Origin: Gemmatimonadaceae bacterium
GTDB taxonomy: Bacteria; Gemmatimonadota; Gemmatimonadetes; Gemmatimonadales; Gemmatimonadaceae
DNA: 50,313 bases
Direction of reading: 5' to 3'
Assembly: GCA_041743285.1 (NCBI GenBank)
Contig: JBGTNB010000304.1
Coordinates: 1-50,313 of the forward strand
How positions within the stretch are numbered: position 1 is the first letter of the stretch; each line of letters starts with the position of its first letter. Made by a program: the position numbers and the translations under genes. This document shows positions 26,584 through 35,911 of the stretch, piece by piece. Under the pieces are notes generated by a model. It had not been told where the DNA came from. It searched no databases and saw only the letters and a program-made list of their open reading frames with translations.

Positions 26584-27369
26584 CTACTTGATCGAGCCGG
26601 GGGGGAGGGAGTACAGAAGGCGGACTGTTGCACGGTCGGCCGCCGAAAGCTCGCGCACCCTCACGCGGGCCGTCATGATGTTATTGGCGTCCGCTGTGTG
26701 GTCGAGGCCGAGCAAATGCCCTACCTCGTGAAGCGCGATGGCGTAGATAGCGTTGCCGTCGAGCGAGTCACCGTAGTTATGATGGAGCGCCAAAGTGATG
26801 GTGCCGCCCACGATCCACCACCGCTTGTCGCGCGACCATAGCGTCTTGCCACTGATCGCCGCATCGAAACGATCGACCCAACCGACATGAATGTCGGCAT
26901 CGGTGGAATCGACCGCGAAGGTGAACCGCATCGGGATCCCGTTCTGCTCCCACCCCACGAATGCCTCTCGCACGCGATCCGCGTAGGAGTCTTTCCAGTC
27001 GGGATACTGAGCGCCGCTCGCCACCCAGATGCGTAACGGCCGCTCCACGCGATCCGGCCAACGCACCAGTGCGGAGTCGCGCGACAGAAGGATCTCGTCG
27101 ATATAGGTGCCGTGCTCCGCCTCCCGAATCCGTGCACGCACGGCATCGGGGGTTCTGGGAAGAGGATCAGCGCTCTCATCCGCGGCAAGGCCCGAGGAAA
27201 CGATGACGCCAGACTCGACCCCTGAGCCCTTTCTCTTGGCCTTTTCGCTCCGGGTGACTGGCTCCAGCGCCGCCGCCTGCGATACCGCCACCTGCCGGCG
27301 CGGACGCAGCTCGCGCCAGCCAGCGACTACGCTGGCGGTGAGCATGAGCAGGAGAACGGGGAGACGCAT
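26584..27369 (-). CDS. Matrixin-like (metzincin) secreted zinc metalloprotease
   Basis: HEVGHLLGLDH zinc motif with a downstream NIM Met-turn. ATG at 27369 gives the signal peptide MRLPVLLLMLTASVVAG. Confidence 0.75.
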   Translation of the reverse strand: MRLPVLLLMLTASVVAGWRELRPRRQVAVSQAAALEPVTRSEKAKRKGSGVESGVIVSSGLAADESADPLPRTPDAVRARIREAEHGTYIDEILLSRDSALVRWPDRVERPLRIWVASGAQYPDWKDSYADRVREAFVGWEQNGIPMRFTFAVDSTDADIHVGWVDRFDAAISGKTLWSRDKRWWIVGGTITLALHHNYGDSLDGNAIYAIALHEVGHLLGLDHTADANNIMTARVRVRELSAADRATVRLLYSLPPGSIK

Positions 27370-27725
27370 CGTGAAAAGTCTCGCCAGGCGGAGGGTGCAA
27401 CTTGAACTGCGGAGTACTGCGGGTGCGGCGGCAAGCCCATGGACTGCAGCCCATCTGTGATGTGACACGGATGAGGCCGGCGCAGTTGCTGGCCTAGAAA
27501 AGACGAGCGAGCTCGACGAAGGGTACGGCGGAAAGGCGGTCGTTCGAGGAACAAATGGTTGCTAAAGCGGCGATTGGGGGGCACAACGATCGGCGCGGTG
27601 GCAACTAGCTCAATCTGTGATCCAGATTACCAAATTCAACCCCAGCGATCGAAGCTGAGTTCCGACAATACTTGGGCTGAGCGCGGAAGTCTGGCGGTTC
27701 TCAGTTGCTGAATTCTGAGCGCTTG

Positions 27726-27746
27726 TATATATCAGTCAGATATATA
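27726..27746. promoter_or_regulatory. Perfect 8-bp inverted repeat (TATATATC-N5-GATATATA), candidate PadR operator/-10 region
   Basis: A strikingly AT-rich palindrome in a GC-rich context, ending 10 nt before the padR-like ATG at 27757. Confidence 0.4.
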
Positions 27747-27756
27747 TCTTCGTGAT

Positions 27757-28353
27757 ATGATCCCCGCGCCGCCACGTCGGGCCAATAGCCGAGAAAAGGC
27801 TTCGCGTACCCAGTATGCCATCCTCGGTTTGCTTGCCGGGGGGCCGCGCTCCGGGTACGACATCAAGAAGGAGGTCGCCGAGCGCATTTCCCACTTCTGG
27901 AACGAGAGCCTGGGCCATCTATATCCAGTGCTGAGCCGCCTGCTGAAAGGGGGATTGGTGACGCGGACCTCGGAGCCGGGCGACGGCCGGCCGACGCGGC
28001 ACCTGTACGCCATCACGGACGAGGGGCGGCAGCAGCTCGACAGTTGGCTGCGCGAGCCTGTGGTAGCGACACCCCCCCGGCTCGAGATTCTGCTCAAGAC
28101 GTATTTCGGGGCGCACCTCGAGCCCGCGGTGCTGACTGCCCACATCGAAACCTACAGAGCGGAGCGCGCTCGCCAAATCGCTATGCTCGAGTCCGTGCAC
28201 GCCATGCTTTCCGAAGCCGCCACGGCCGAAGATGCGCGCTACCTGCGTTTGACGGTGCGCGCGAGAGTTCTCGCGGCGCGAGCCGCGCTGGCGTGGTGCG
28301 ACGAAGTCCTTACCGAGCAGCGAGATCTGATCCGCGAGCAGACGTCCGAATGA
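27757..28353 (+). CDS. PadR family transcriptional regulator
   Basis: Winged-helix segment QYAILGLLAGGPRSGYDIKKEV..LYPVLSRLLKGGLV plus a C-terminal dimerisation region. Confidence 0.8.
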   Translation: MIPAPPRRANSREKASRTQYAILGLLAGGPRSGYDIKKEVAERISHFWNESLGHLYPVLSRLLKGGLVTRTSEPGDGRPTRHLYAITDEGRQQLDSWLREPVVATPPRLEILLKTYFGAHLEPAVLTAHIETYRAERARQIAMLESVHAMLSEAATAEDARYLRLTVRARVLAARAALAWCDEVLTEQRDLIREQTSE

Positions 28354-29489
28354 GCATCCATTCTGTAAGTCGAACACTCCGTGCCGCGATTGCCGCGACG
28401 GCCATGGGCTGTGCGGGCGTTCTCCCCGCGTTAGGGCAGAGTCTTGTAGCAACTGAGGCACCATTGCCGGACTCGGCACGCCTCGCGCTTACTCTGGATT
28501 CGATTCGCACGGCGATTGGCGCCACCGGAGCGTCCGCGGCGATCATATTTCCCGGCGGAAAAACCTGGCTTGGCGTGAGCGGAGAGGCATGGTCGGGAAC
28601 TCCGGTTACGACGGCGACTGTATTCGATGCCGGAAGCATTACCAAGTCGTACACTGCCGCGCTGGTCCTGAGGCTCGTTCACGAGGGAGTGTTTGCGTTG
28701 GACGATTCGCTTACGCGCTGGTTTCCCGGTCTGCCCGGGGGCGATGGGGTGACGGTCAAGGAATTGCTTCGCCAGACCAGCGGCCTTGCCGATTACGCCC
28801 GACACCCAGGGTTTCTTCCGGAGATCCGCTCGAAGATGGCCGCTCCTTGGCCCCCGGAGGAGAATCTGCGCTTCATCGGCGAGCCGGGCTTCGCGTCAGG
28901 CGCGCGGTGGGAGTACTCCAACACGAACTACCTGCTGCTCGGACTGATTGCCGCCCGTGCGACCAAGCGCCCGTACTCGCAGCTGCTTCGAGAGTACGTT
29001 CTCGATTTGCTTCTTTTGACGAGAACGTTCGTCGCCGGCGAGGACACCGTGCCGCAGCCCCGCGCGCACGCGTTCTTGGACTTCACCGGTGACGGTAAGC
29101 CTGACGACCTGTCGGCATTTGTCCCTGATCCTGCCTTGACTCGAGGTGCAGGCGGTGCGGGTGCCGTCGTCGCGACCGCCGCCGACGTCGCAACCTTTAC
29201 GCGTGCATACTACACGGGCGCTACGGTCGCGCTGGAATTGGCGAGCACGACATGGATAGAGCGTGGCGATGGCTGGCAGTACGGGTTCGGGGTAATCGCG
29301 GCACCGTACGACGACGATCTCCTGTTAGGACATCTCGGCAACACCGCCGGGCAGAGCGCCGGCGTGTGGCATGCGCAGACGGCAGGCGTCACGGTAGCGA
29401 TCCTGAGCAATGTACATGGCGTTCATATGGCGGAGCCGGTCCGGGCGCTGCTGCGACAGGCAATGATCTCGGTGCGGACAGGGGGCTGA
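28350..29489 (+). CDS. Serine hydrolase of the beta-lactamase (class C/PBP-like) family, secreted
   Basis: ATGA overlap with the padR stop. Signal peptide MSIHSVSRTLRAAIAATAMG.. and the SxxK motif GSITKSYT. The ORF-track extension from 28044 is rejected. Confidence 0.75.
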   Translation: MSIHSVSRTLRAAIAATAMGCAGVLPALGQSLVATEAPLPDSARLALTLDSIRTAIGATGASAAIIFPGGKTWLGVSGEAWSGTPVTTATVFDAGSITKSYTAALVLRLVHEGVFALDDSLTRWFPGLPGGDGVTVKELLRQTSGLADYARHPGFLPEIRSKMAAPWPPEENLRFIGEPGFASGARWEYSNTNYLLLGLIAARATKRPYSQLLREYVLDLLLLTRTFVAGEDTVPQPRAHAFLDFTGDGKPDDLSAFVPDPALTRGAGGAGAVVATAADVATFTRAYYTGATVALELASTTWIERGDGWQYGFGVIAAPYDDDLLLGHLGNTAGQSAGVWHAQTAGVTVAILSNVHGVHMAEPVRALLRQAMISVRTGG

Positions 29490-29595
29490 CTGCCAGATCA
29501 GCCCTTTCCGGGCTGACACCTGGAATGGATTGCCCTCGTACGGTAGGGGTCAGCGGCCCGCACAGTGCCATTTTCCTGCCCTATCATCCGGTCCT

Positions 29596-30699
29596 ATGCC
29601 GAGCTTTATCACGCGCCGTACGGTTCTTCTGACGGGTGTTTGGATCTGCCTGCCGTTGGCAAGTCCCGCCGCGTCGAATGCGCAACCTCCCGTCGCCATC
29701 GGCGACGCGCCCCGGGTCAACGGGCTGCGGATCAATTTTCGCGATCGCCGGCTCGAAGAGGTAAACGGTGTCAACCTAACGATTTGGTCCCCCCACCGGC
29801 CGGTTCGCGGCGAGGTCAACGGCTTGGCCATCGGGCTTCCGATGACCGGAGCGGCGCGGATCGATGGTATTGGCGTGGGTCTGTTCGGCGTGGGCGCCGA
29901 CGAGAGGTTCAGGGGCATAGGAATCGGCGGCGTTGGTGTAGGAGCCGGCGAATCGGCAACCGGCGTAATGCTCGGCACAGTGGGTGTCGGGAGCGGCGGT
30001 TCGGTACGCGGGTTGGCGATAGGCGGAGTAGGAGTAGGGGCAGGGGGTGATCTTCGCGGCATAATGATCGGAGGGATCGGCGCCGGAACGGGAGGGCGTG
30101 CGGAAGGGCTGATCATCGGTGGAATCGGAGCGGGCGCCGGTGGCGGTGTGCGAGGAATCTCGCTGGGTGGGATCGGCGTCGGATCCGGGGGGGACGTGAC
30201 GGGCATTTCGGTGGGTGGAATCGGAGTCGGGGCGGGCGGCCGGTTGCGCGGCCTTTCGATAGGCGGAATAGGAGTCGGCGCTGGCGAGGGGATGGCGGGG
30301 ATTACGATTGCCGGAATTGGCGCGGGCGGCGGTGGCGACGTGACCGGCCTGACGATTGCCGGCATCGGGGTGGGGTCGGGCGGGACGGTCAGGTGGGTAA
30401 CTCTCGCCGGCGTGGGAATCGGCGCGCCGAGGATCGAGGGATTGGCGATCGCTCCGGCCGTGGGCGGACGTGAGGTGAGCGCGCTGGCGATCGCCCCGGC
30501 ATTCTTTCGTATAGATGACCTGGGAATGCAGAGGGGAGCGGTGCTGTCGGCCGTGAGCTACATCGAGGGCACGCAGGGCGGGCTGACGATTGGCATCGTC
30601 AATTACACCCGTGTACTGGAGGGGGTGCAGATAGGGCTGATAAATATTGCCCGCGAAAACCCTCGCGGACGGAGAGTCCTGCCTATCGTGAACTGGTAG
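29596..30699 (+). CDS. Secreted glycine-rich repeat protein (about 12 tandem 16-residue units G-h-x-I-G-G-I-G-V-G-A-G-G-x-h-R)
   Basis: Signal peptide MPSFITRRTVLLTGVWICLPLASPAASNA, 48-nt periodic repeats at roughly 29820-30500, and a C-terminal GVQIGLINIARENPRGRRVLPIVNW module. Confidence 0.65.
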   Translation: MPSFITRRTVLLTGVWICLPLASPAASNAQPPVAIGDAPRVNGLRINFRDRRLEEVNGVNLTIWSPHRPVRGEVNGLAIGLPMTGAARIDGIGVGLFGVGADERFRGIGIGGVGVGAGESATGVMLGTVGVGSGGSVRGLAIGGVGVGAGGDLRGIMIGGIGAGTGGRAEGLIIGGIGAGAGGGVRGISLGGIGVGSGGDVTGISVGGIGVGAGGRLRGLSIGGIGVGAGEGMAGITIAGIGAGGGGDVTGLTIAGIGVGSGGTVRWVTLAGVGIGAPRIEGLAIAPAVGGREVSALAIAPAFFRIDDLGMQRGAVLSAVSYIEGTQGGLTIGIVNYTRVLEGVQIGLINIARENPRGRRVLPIVNW

Positions 30700-30758
30700 G
30701 AGGCGAACCCGGCGTGCGTGCGAGCCCCCAGTTCACTGCGAACCTGGGCCGTGCCGGT

Positions 30759-32312
30759 TCACGGGCTTCGGCGATAACCCTCTGGTAGAGTGAACGTCTC
30801 GTAAGGTACGGGATCCTGCTCCGGCACGGCGTACTGTGCCCGTAACTTCGCTAGCCGCTCTTTCAGGTTGGTAACCACTGATCCGTAGGCCGGATCCGCG
30901 TACAGGCTCCTCATCTCGTTCGGATCCCTCGCCAGATCGAACAGCTCCCATTCGTCGACCTCGTAATACCGGATGAGTTTGTACCGAGCCGTTCTTACGC
31001 CGTAGTGGCGGCGCACCATGTGCCACCCCGGATACTCGAAGTACTGGTAGTAGATCGCGTCGCGCCAATCGTCAGGCGTCTGTCCGCGGAGCAGGGGAAC
31101 GAGACTTTCGCCCTGCATGGATGACGGCGCGCTCACGCCGCCCATTGCCAGAACCGTTTCGGCGAGATCGAGGTTCATGACCAGGTCGCGGTTCACCGAA
31201 CCGGGATGCACGGTTGCTGGCCAGCGGACTAGGAGCGGTGTGCGCAGCGACTCCTCGTACATCCATCGCTTGTCGAACCAGCCATGATCTCCGAGGAAGA
31301 AGCCCTGATCCGACAGGTAAATCACGATCGTCTCGTCCTCGAGGCCGGTGCGAGACAACGCATCCAGAATACGGCCCACGTTCGTGTCGATACCGGCCAG
31401 CACACGCAAGTAATCGGTGATGTAACGCTGGTACTTCCACCGCGTGAGCGCATCTCCCGTGGGGCCCGCTGCGCGAAACGCTGTGTTCTCTTCGGCGTAG
31501 CCTTCATCCCATTGCGTCTGCTGCTCCGGCGTAAGGCCGGCCGGAGCCTCCAGCTTGAGATCACGCGACATCAGATCGAGCGCAATCGTCATCTCCGGAT
31601 CGGTGGCGCGGAAAACGCGACCCGATCCATCATCCCATAACGTGGCCGGTTCGGCGATCATGGTATCGCGGTACATCCCCATCTGCTCCGGGCCGGGATC
31701 CCAGAAGCGGTGCACTCCGTTGTAATGGACGAGCATCAGAAACGGCTGACTGGTATCGCCACGCGCCGCCAGCCACGTCAGGGCGCGGTTCGTGACTACG
31801 TCAGAAGTGTAGCCGGAGTGCCTAACCGTATCGGTTGCCGAGTGCAGCGGCGGGTTGTAGTACGGTCCCTGGCCAGCAAGGATCTCGTAATGATCGAATC
31901 CGGACGGCTCTGCCTTGAGGTGCCACTTGCCGAAAAGTGCGGTCGCGTAGCCAGCATCACGCATCAACTTTGGAAATGTCGTGTGCGTGGGGTGCAGCGG
32001 CTCCCGATTCGTCATCACACCGCTCAGGTGGCCGTATTGTCCGGTCAGCACCGCCGCCCGTGCGGGCGCGCAGATGGAGTTCGTAACGAATGCATTGGCG
32101 AACAGCATGCCACTCGCGGCGAGGCGGTCGAGATTCGGTGTATCGGGAAGGCGTGCTCCATAGCTCAGGTGGGGACGATATGCCGACAGTGCGTGCGCGG
32201 CGTGGTCATCGGAAAGAACGAAAACGATATTGGGACGACGCTGCGCGGCTGTTTCGGACGTAGTGGTAACGGCGACTACGAGCACGAGCAGCAGTCGAAT
32301 AGTACGAGGCAT
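30759..32312 (-). CDS. Sulfatase (formylglycine-dependent, arylsulfatase A family)
   Basis: ATG at 32312 gives a signal peptide (MPRTIRLLLVLVVAV). Contains NIVFVLSDDH and the CxPxR motif SICAPARAAVLTGQ. The 148-codon upstream ORF extension is rejected. Confidence 0.85.
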   Translation of the reverse strand: MPRTIRLLLVLVVAVTTTSETAAQRRPNIVFVLSDDHAAHALSAYRPHLSYGARLPDTPNLDRLAASGMLFANAFVTNSICAPARAAVLTGQYGHLSGVMTNREPLHPTHTTFPKLMRDAGYATALFGKWHLKAEPSGFDHYEILAGQGPYYNPPLHSATDTVRHSGYTSDVVTNRALTWLAARGDTSQPFLMLVHYNGVHRFWDPGPEQMGMYRDTMIAEPATLWDDGSGRVFRATDPEMTIALDLMSRDLKLEAPAGLTPEQQTQWDEGYAEENTAFRAAGPTGDALTRWKYQRYITDYLRVLAGIDTNVGRILDALSRTGLEDETIVIYLSDQGFFLGDHGWFDKRWMYEESLRTPLLVRWPATVHPGSVNRDLVMNLDLAETVLAMGGVSAPSSMQGESLVPLLRGQTPDDWRDAIYYQYFEYPGWHMVRRHYGVRTARYKLIRYYEVDEWELFDLARDPNEMRSLYADPAYGSVVTNLKERLAKLRAQYAVPEQDPVPYETFTLPEGYRRSP

Positions 32313-32688
32313 GAGGCTCCGGGCGGACGGTGGCTGTCTGATCGGCCAACCTGCTCGCGTGGACCAGGGATGGCAAGACGGGATACTTCCCGCCCCCACG
32401 GCTTCTCGCTGTGCCAAGAACACGTCCTTGCTGAACTCGGGCGTGTGTTCCGGCGAATGCCCCTCATTCCGGCGAAAGCCGGAAATCCACAGGCGCAATG
32501 ATATGGGCCCGGTGTTCGCGTGTGAGACGGACGTAAAACGACTGGCGACGCGGGCGACGTCGCAAGACCCTGAAAGCGACATCCGGCGCGCAACGAGACC
32601 TCCGCTGCACACCGGCCGTACGGTGCTGATACCGGCCTCACGGGCCAGGCGATCGCGCCCGACCCGCTCGTACCTTCTCTCTCTGCAA

Positions 32689-33636
32689 TTACGAAAGGTC
32701 GTCGATGAAGAACGGTTGCACGATGGCCACCACCTGCGCCTTCGTAAGCGGCTCATCGAACGCTTCCGTCGCCGCCGCCGTCACGTCGATGCCACTCGGC
32801 AGGTTAGGCAGCATAGTGATGTTCACGCCGGCCTGCATGGTGTTTCCTTCGCCTTCATAGATGAGAGCGAAGGCGGCCACCGCACCTGCCGGCGGGTTCG
32901 TCAGGTTTCCTGCCCCGGCGGCTGCCGCGCCGCCGCCGGAAATGGTTCCACTGTACTTCACAACCGCCGGTGCGCCCGTCTGGCGCCGCAGCCGCCGGAT
33001 CTTCGACGCGTGGCGCGCTTCCACTGAGTGAATGCGCAGCGCGGCCTCGAGCACCACTGTGTTGGACATGAGGTTAGGCGCCTGCCCCTTGTACGCCCGG
33101 ACTCCAGTATCCTCCGCGCCTTGCGCCACCGCCAGCAGGTGATCCAGATCTGCGGTCGCCTGCGCGAACGGCCCGGTTCCTGACCCGCGGCCACCGGTGA
33201 AATCGAAGCTGTCGGCGTCGAGGTTGAGCGTGTTCACGGCTCCGTTGTTCAGGAGGAACTGCACGTGTTCCGCCTCGTGCTCCTGAATCTGCTGGAATGC
33301 AGGAAGCGCTGTGGCTGGCACCATGGCGCGGACGGCGGCGAACGCCGTGTTCTGTACCGCGGAGTCGCTCGTGCCGAGCACGGCCTTGTAAAACTCGTTT
33401 TCGAAAATCTCCAGCATGAGGGCGAAGTCTATCACGGCCTGTACATCTGCAGGCGTACCCTGCGCGAAAGCGTTGCGGCTGAGCGCCGCCAGCGCGACTG
33501 GAATGGATCCGAGCGCGAGCGCGGCTGCCACGCCGGAGCTCATCGCCGCGCCACGACCAATGGCTTCGCGCCGGGAGGCAATACGTTCAGTGATCTCCGG
33601 GTCGATGCCACCCAGGATCGTCATATCGTTCTGCAT
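32689..33636 (-). CDS. Ferritin-like domain protein with Tat-type signal
   Basis: 315 aa with SRREAIGRGAAMSSGVAAALALG and two ferritin-like helical halves (..FENEFYKAVLG.., ..RIHSVEARHASKIRRL..). Confidence 0.6.
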   Translation of the reverse strand: MQNDMTILGGIDPEITERIASRREAIGRGAAMSSGVAAALALGSIPVALAALSRNAFAQGTPADVQAVIDFALMLEIFENEFYKAVLGTSDSAVQNTAFAAVRAMVPATALPAFQQIQEHEAEHVQFLLNNGAVNTLNLDADSFDFTGGRGSGTGPFAQATADLDHLLAVAQGAEDTGVRAYKGQAPNLMSNTVVLEAALRIHSVEARHASKIRRLRRQTGAPAVVKYSGTISGGGAAAAGAGNLTNPPAGAVAAFALIYEGEGNTMQAGVNITMLPNLPSGIDVTAAATEAFDEPLTKAQVVAIVQPFFIDDLS

Positions 33637-33665
33637 GTAGTTCTCCTTCTCCTGTCTGCGTTAGG

Positions 33666-34469
33666 TCAGGGCGTCGGGTTCGGCGGACCAAAATCCGTCG
33701 TTCCCTGCCTGGTCGGTGGCTGCGTTCCGATGCTCACTTCCGTGGTGACGAAGTCCGTCGCGACCACGCGCGCAAGCACTGCCGCGGGTTCGAGTTTCAC
33801 ATCGAGACCGCTCGAGTTCACCACGTCGTCGCCAGCGAAGCGCGTTCCGGCCGGCGTTCCCGCGAGCCCGGCGCCCTCGCGCATGTCACGAATGGCCGCG
33901 GCGTGCCTCGCCTCGACCGAGACGATCTTTCCGGCTATTGTCAAAAGCGCCGGATCGGTGAGATACTTGCCCGCTCCATTGTACGCGGCTACTCCGAGGT
34001 CTTCGAACGCCTCGGACGTCTTAAGAATGGACGCCGTACTGGCCAGCGCGGCGGTCACCGTCGCCTGGTTGAGTGCGAGCGAATCGATTGCGTCGTCCCC
34101 CAATGCAGCCTTCAGGAACTCGCGATGGATAACTTCGTGATTGCGTAGGTCGGTGAACACTTCCTTTTGCTCGGCGTTCATGCCGTTGAAAGCCGCGGAA
34201 CCGACGACCGCCGCATAAAAACCCGCTTCCAGCTGCTCGAGTGCGTACGCGTAATTCAGAATGCCAGTGTCGTTGCCGAGGTTGAGCGTCACACCGCCGC
34301 CGCCCGGTGGCGGACGTACCGGATCATCGTCACTGCACGCGCCGAACACGGCCGGCAGCATCACTACTGTTCCGCCGACACCGAGTAGCCGCAGAAATTC
34401 GCGTCGCGTACCCGGATGCCACAGCTGTTCCGCCCGTTCTACGACGAGCGTGTCCTTCCGTTCTGCCAT
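33666..34469 (-). CDS. Ferritin-like domain lipoprotein with Tat-type signal
   Basis: ATG at 34469 is preceded by AGGAGG. Contains TRREFLRLLGVGGTVVMLPAVFGAC (Tat motif plus lipobox). It is a paralog of the downstream gene (..LEAGFYAAVVG.., ..IVSVEARHAAAIRDM..). Confidence 0.65.
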   Translation of the reverse strand: MAERKDTLVVERAEQLWHPGTRREFLRLLGVGGTVVMLPAVFGACSDDDPVRPPPGGGGVTLNLGNDTGILNYAYALEQLEAGFYAAVVGSAAFNGMNAEQKEVFTDLRNHEVIHREFLKAALGDDAIDSLALNQATVTAALASTASILKTSEAFEDLGVAAYNGAGKYLTDPALLTIAGKIVSVEARHAAAIRDMREGAGLAGTPAGTRFAGDDVVNSSGLDVKLEPAAVLARVVATDFVTTEVSIGTQPPTRQGTTDFGPPNPTP

Positions 34470-34791
34470 GGAACCCCTCCTGAATACAGGCGCTGCCGCG
34501 GACGTTCGCACGCCGCGAAGTTAGGTATTGCCCTCGCCACAGTAGGCCATCGCTGATAGGCTCCAAGCGGAACCCGTTGCGATTAGTGGCTAGGCAAAGG
34601 CAGAACCAATGCCACGCGCACTTCCGCCTACGCATTGAGATCACTTAGTCGGAAAAAATCCGCGAAGGCGAGCCAAAGTTCTTGATTCCTTGCGATATTG
34701 TGTCTCAGATGGTGCGGCTGACGCCGCTATCTGCTGCATTCGGATGCTGCAGAAAACTGCCGCACAGTTCACCGATGAGCACGGTAAGTGC

Positions 34792-35739
34792 ATGCGCGAC
34801 CACGTTGAGCCGTACAGGGCGATTCCAGTGAACAGAATACGAAAATCCGACATCGTGCGAACGCTTCGGCAGCGGATCCTTCGCGCGCTTCAGATCGGCG
34901 CGGTCACGCCAGGCGGGCGGCTGCCAAGCACCCGTGAGCTCGCCGCCGAGATGACGGTCGATGCTCGCGCGGTCGCCGCGGCCTATCGCGAGCTCGAGGC
35001 CGACGGGTTGGTCGAGATGCGCAGCAGATCCGGTGTTTTTGTGGCGGAAGCAGCAAAGACCTGGCGATCAAGGCCATTGCCTTCGGTACCATGGATGGCC
35101 GAAGTGCTCGCCGCGGGCATTGCGCGTGGTGTTCCGGTATCCGAGCTTTCGGAACTGTTTGCCGTGGCATTCGATCGCGGTCGGATTCGCGCGACAGTCA
35201 TCGCGACGTCGCGAGATCAGGCGGATGGCCTGCAACGCGAGCTGCAGGAGGATTTTGGTCTCGACGTGCGCACCGTACTCGGGGAGCTGATCGAGCCGCG
35301 GCGGCCGCTTCCTCGAGCGATTCACCGCGCTCATCTGCTCGTCTCTACCGAGGCGCTAGCAACCAAGGTCGGTGCTCTCGCGGCGCGACTCGGCAAGACA
35401 CACATCAAGCTTACCGTGCGCTTCGATCTTTTTGAGACGGAATGGGGCGCGCTGCGGGGGCTCGACGCTTTCGTGTTGGTGTCCGATGCCCGTTTCGGGA
35501 CCGACGTGCGAAATTATCTGGCCGGCGCCGGCGCGGCGGAACGGGTTCGCGTTCTGACGATAGGCATCGATGATCTTACCATGATTCCGCCTGACGCCAT
35601 AGTCTATGCGACCCAGGCGGCACGCAAGCATCTTGGACGCACGCGGATGCCGGCCGGTCTGCTGCCACCGGCAAGGGTGATATCCGAGCAGAGCGCCCGT
35701 GCCGTTCTCGAAGGAATGCTGAGTCTGCGACGACGTTAG
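34792..35739 (+). CDS. GntR-family transcriptional regulator
   Basis: HTH segment GGRLPSTRELAAEMTVDARAVAAAYRELEADGLVEMRSRSGVFV. The start is uncertain (34690, 34744 and 34792 are all in frame). Confidence 0.65.
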   Translation: MRDHVEPYRAIPVNRIRKSDIVRTLRQRILRALQIGAVTPGGRLPSTRELAAEMTVDARAVAAAYRELEADGLVEMRSRSGVFVAEAAKTWRSRPLPSVPWMAEVLAAGIARGVPVSELSELFAVAFDRGRIRATVIATSRDQADGLQRELQEDFGLDVRTVLGELIEPRRPLPRAIHRAHLLVSTEALATKVGALAARLGKTHIKLTVRFDLFETEWGALRGLDAFVLVSDARFGTDVRNYLAGAGAAERVRVLTIGIDDLTMIPPDAIVYATQAARKHLGRTRMPAGLLPPARVISEQSARAVLEGMLSLRRR

Positions 35740-35911
35740 GCAACCGCATCGGCCCGCCGCCGTATTTGCCGATAGGACCCCTGGCTAGCACATCCTGCTC
35801 GACCGTTGCAAGCAGTTGGGCACCGCTTCCGGGAACCTCTCGGGCCATTCGCGCGTAACTCGGAGCCATCATGAGTAACTTAGGAGTTGATCCATTCGTG
35901 AGAGGACCCAG

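Noticed and set aside
29550-30365. 271-aa proline-rich ORF (PIPP repeats) on the minus strand
   Set aside because: It is the mirror image of the GGN-rich glycine repeat gene. The plus-strand frame has a signal peptide and a non-repetitive C-terminal module, so the plus frame is taken as the real one.
30759-32756. Long N-terminal extensions in the ORF track (also 28044-28349, 13563-13727, 24758-24976, 26584-27468 beyond 27369, 15256-17100 beyond 16941)
   Set aside because: In each case an internal Met or GTG is followed immediately by a signal peptide or the first conserved family motif. The upstream part is low-complexity or overlaps the neighbouring gene.
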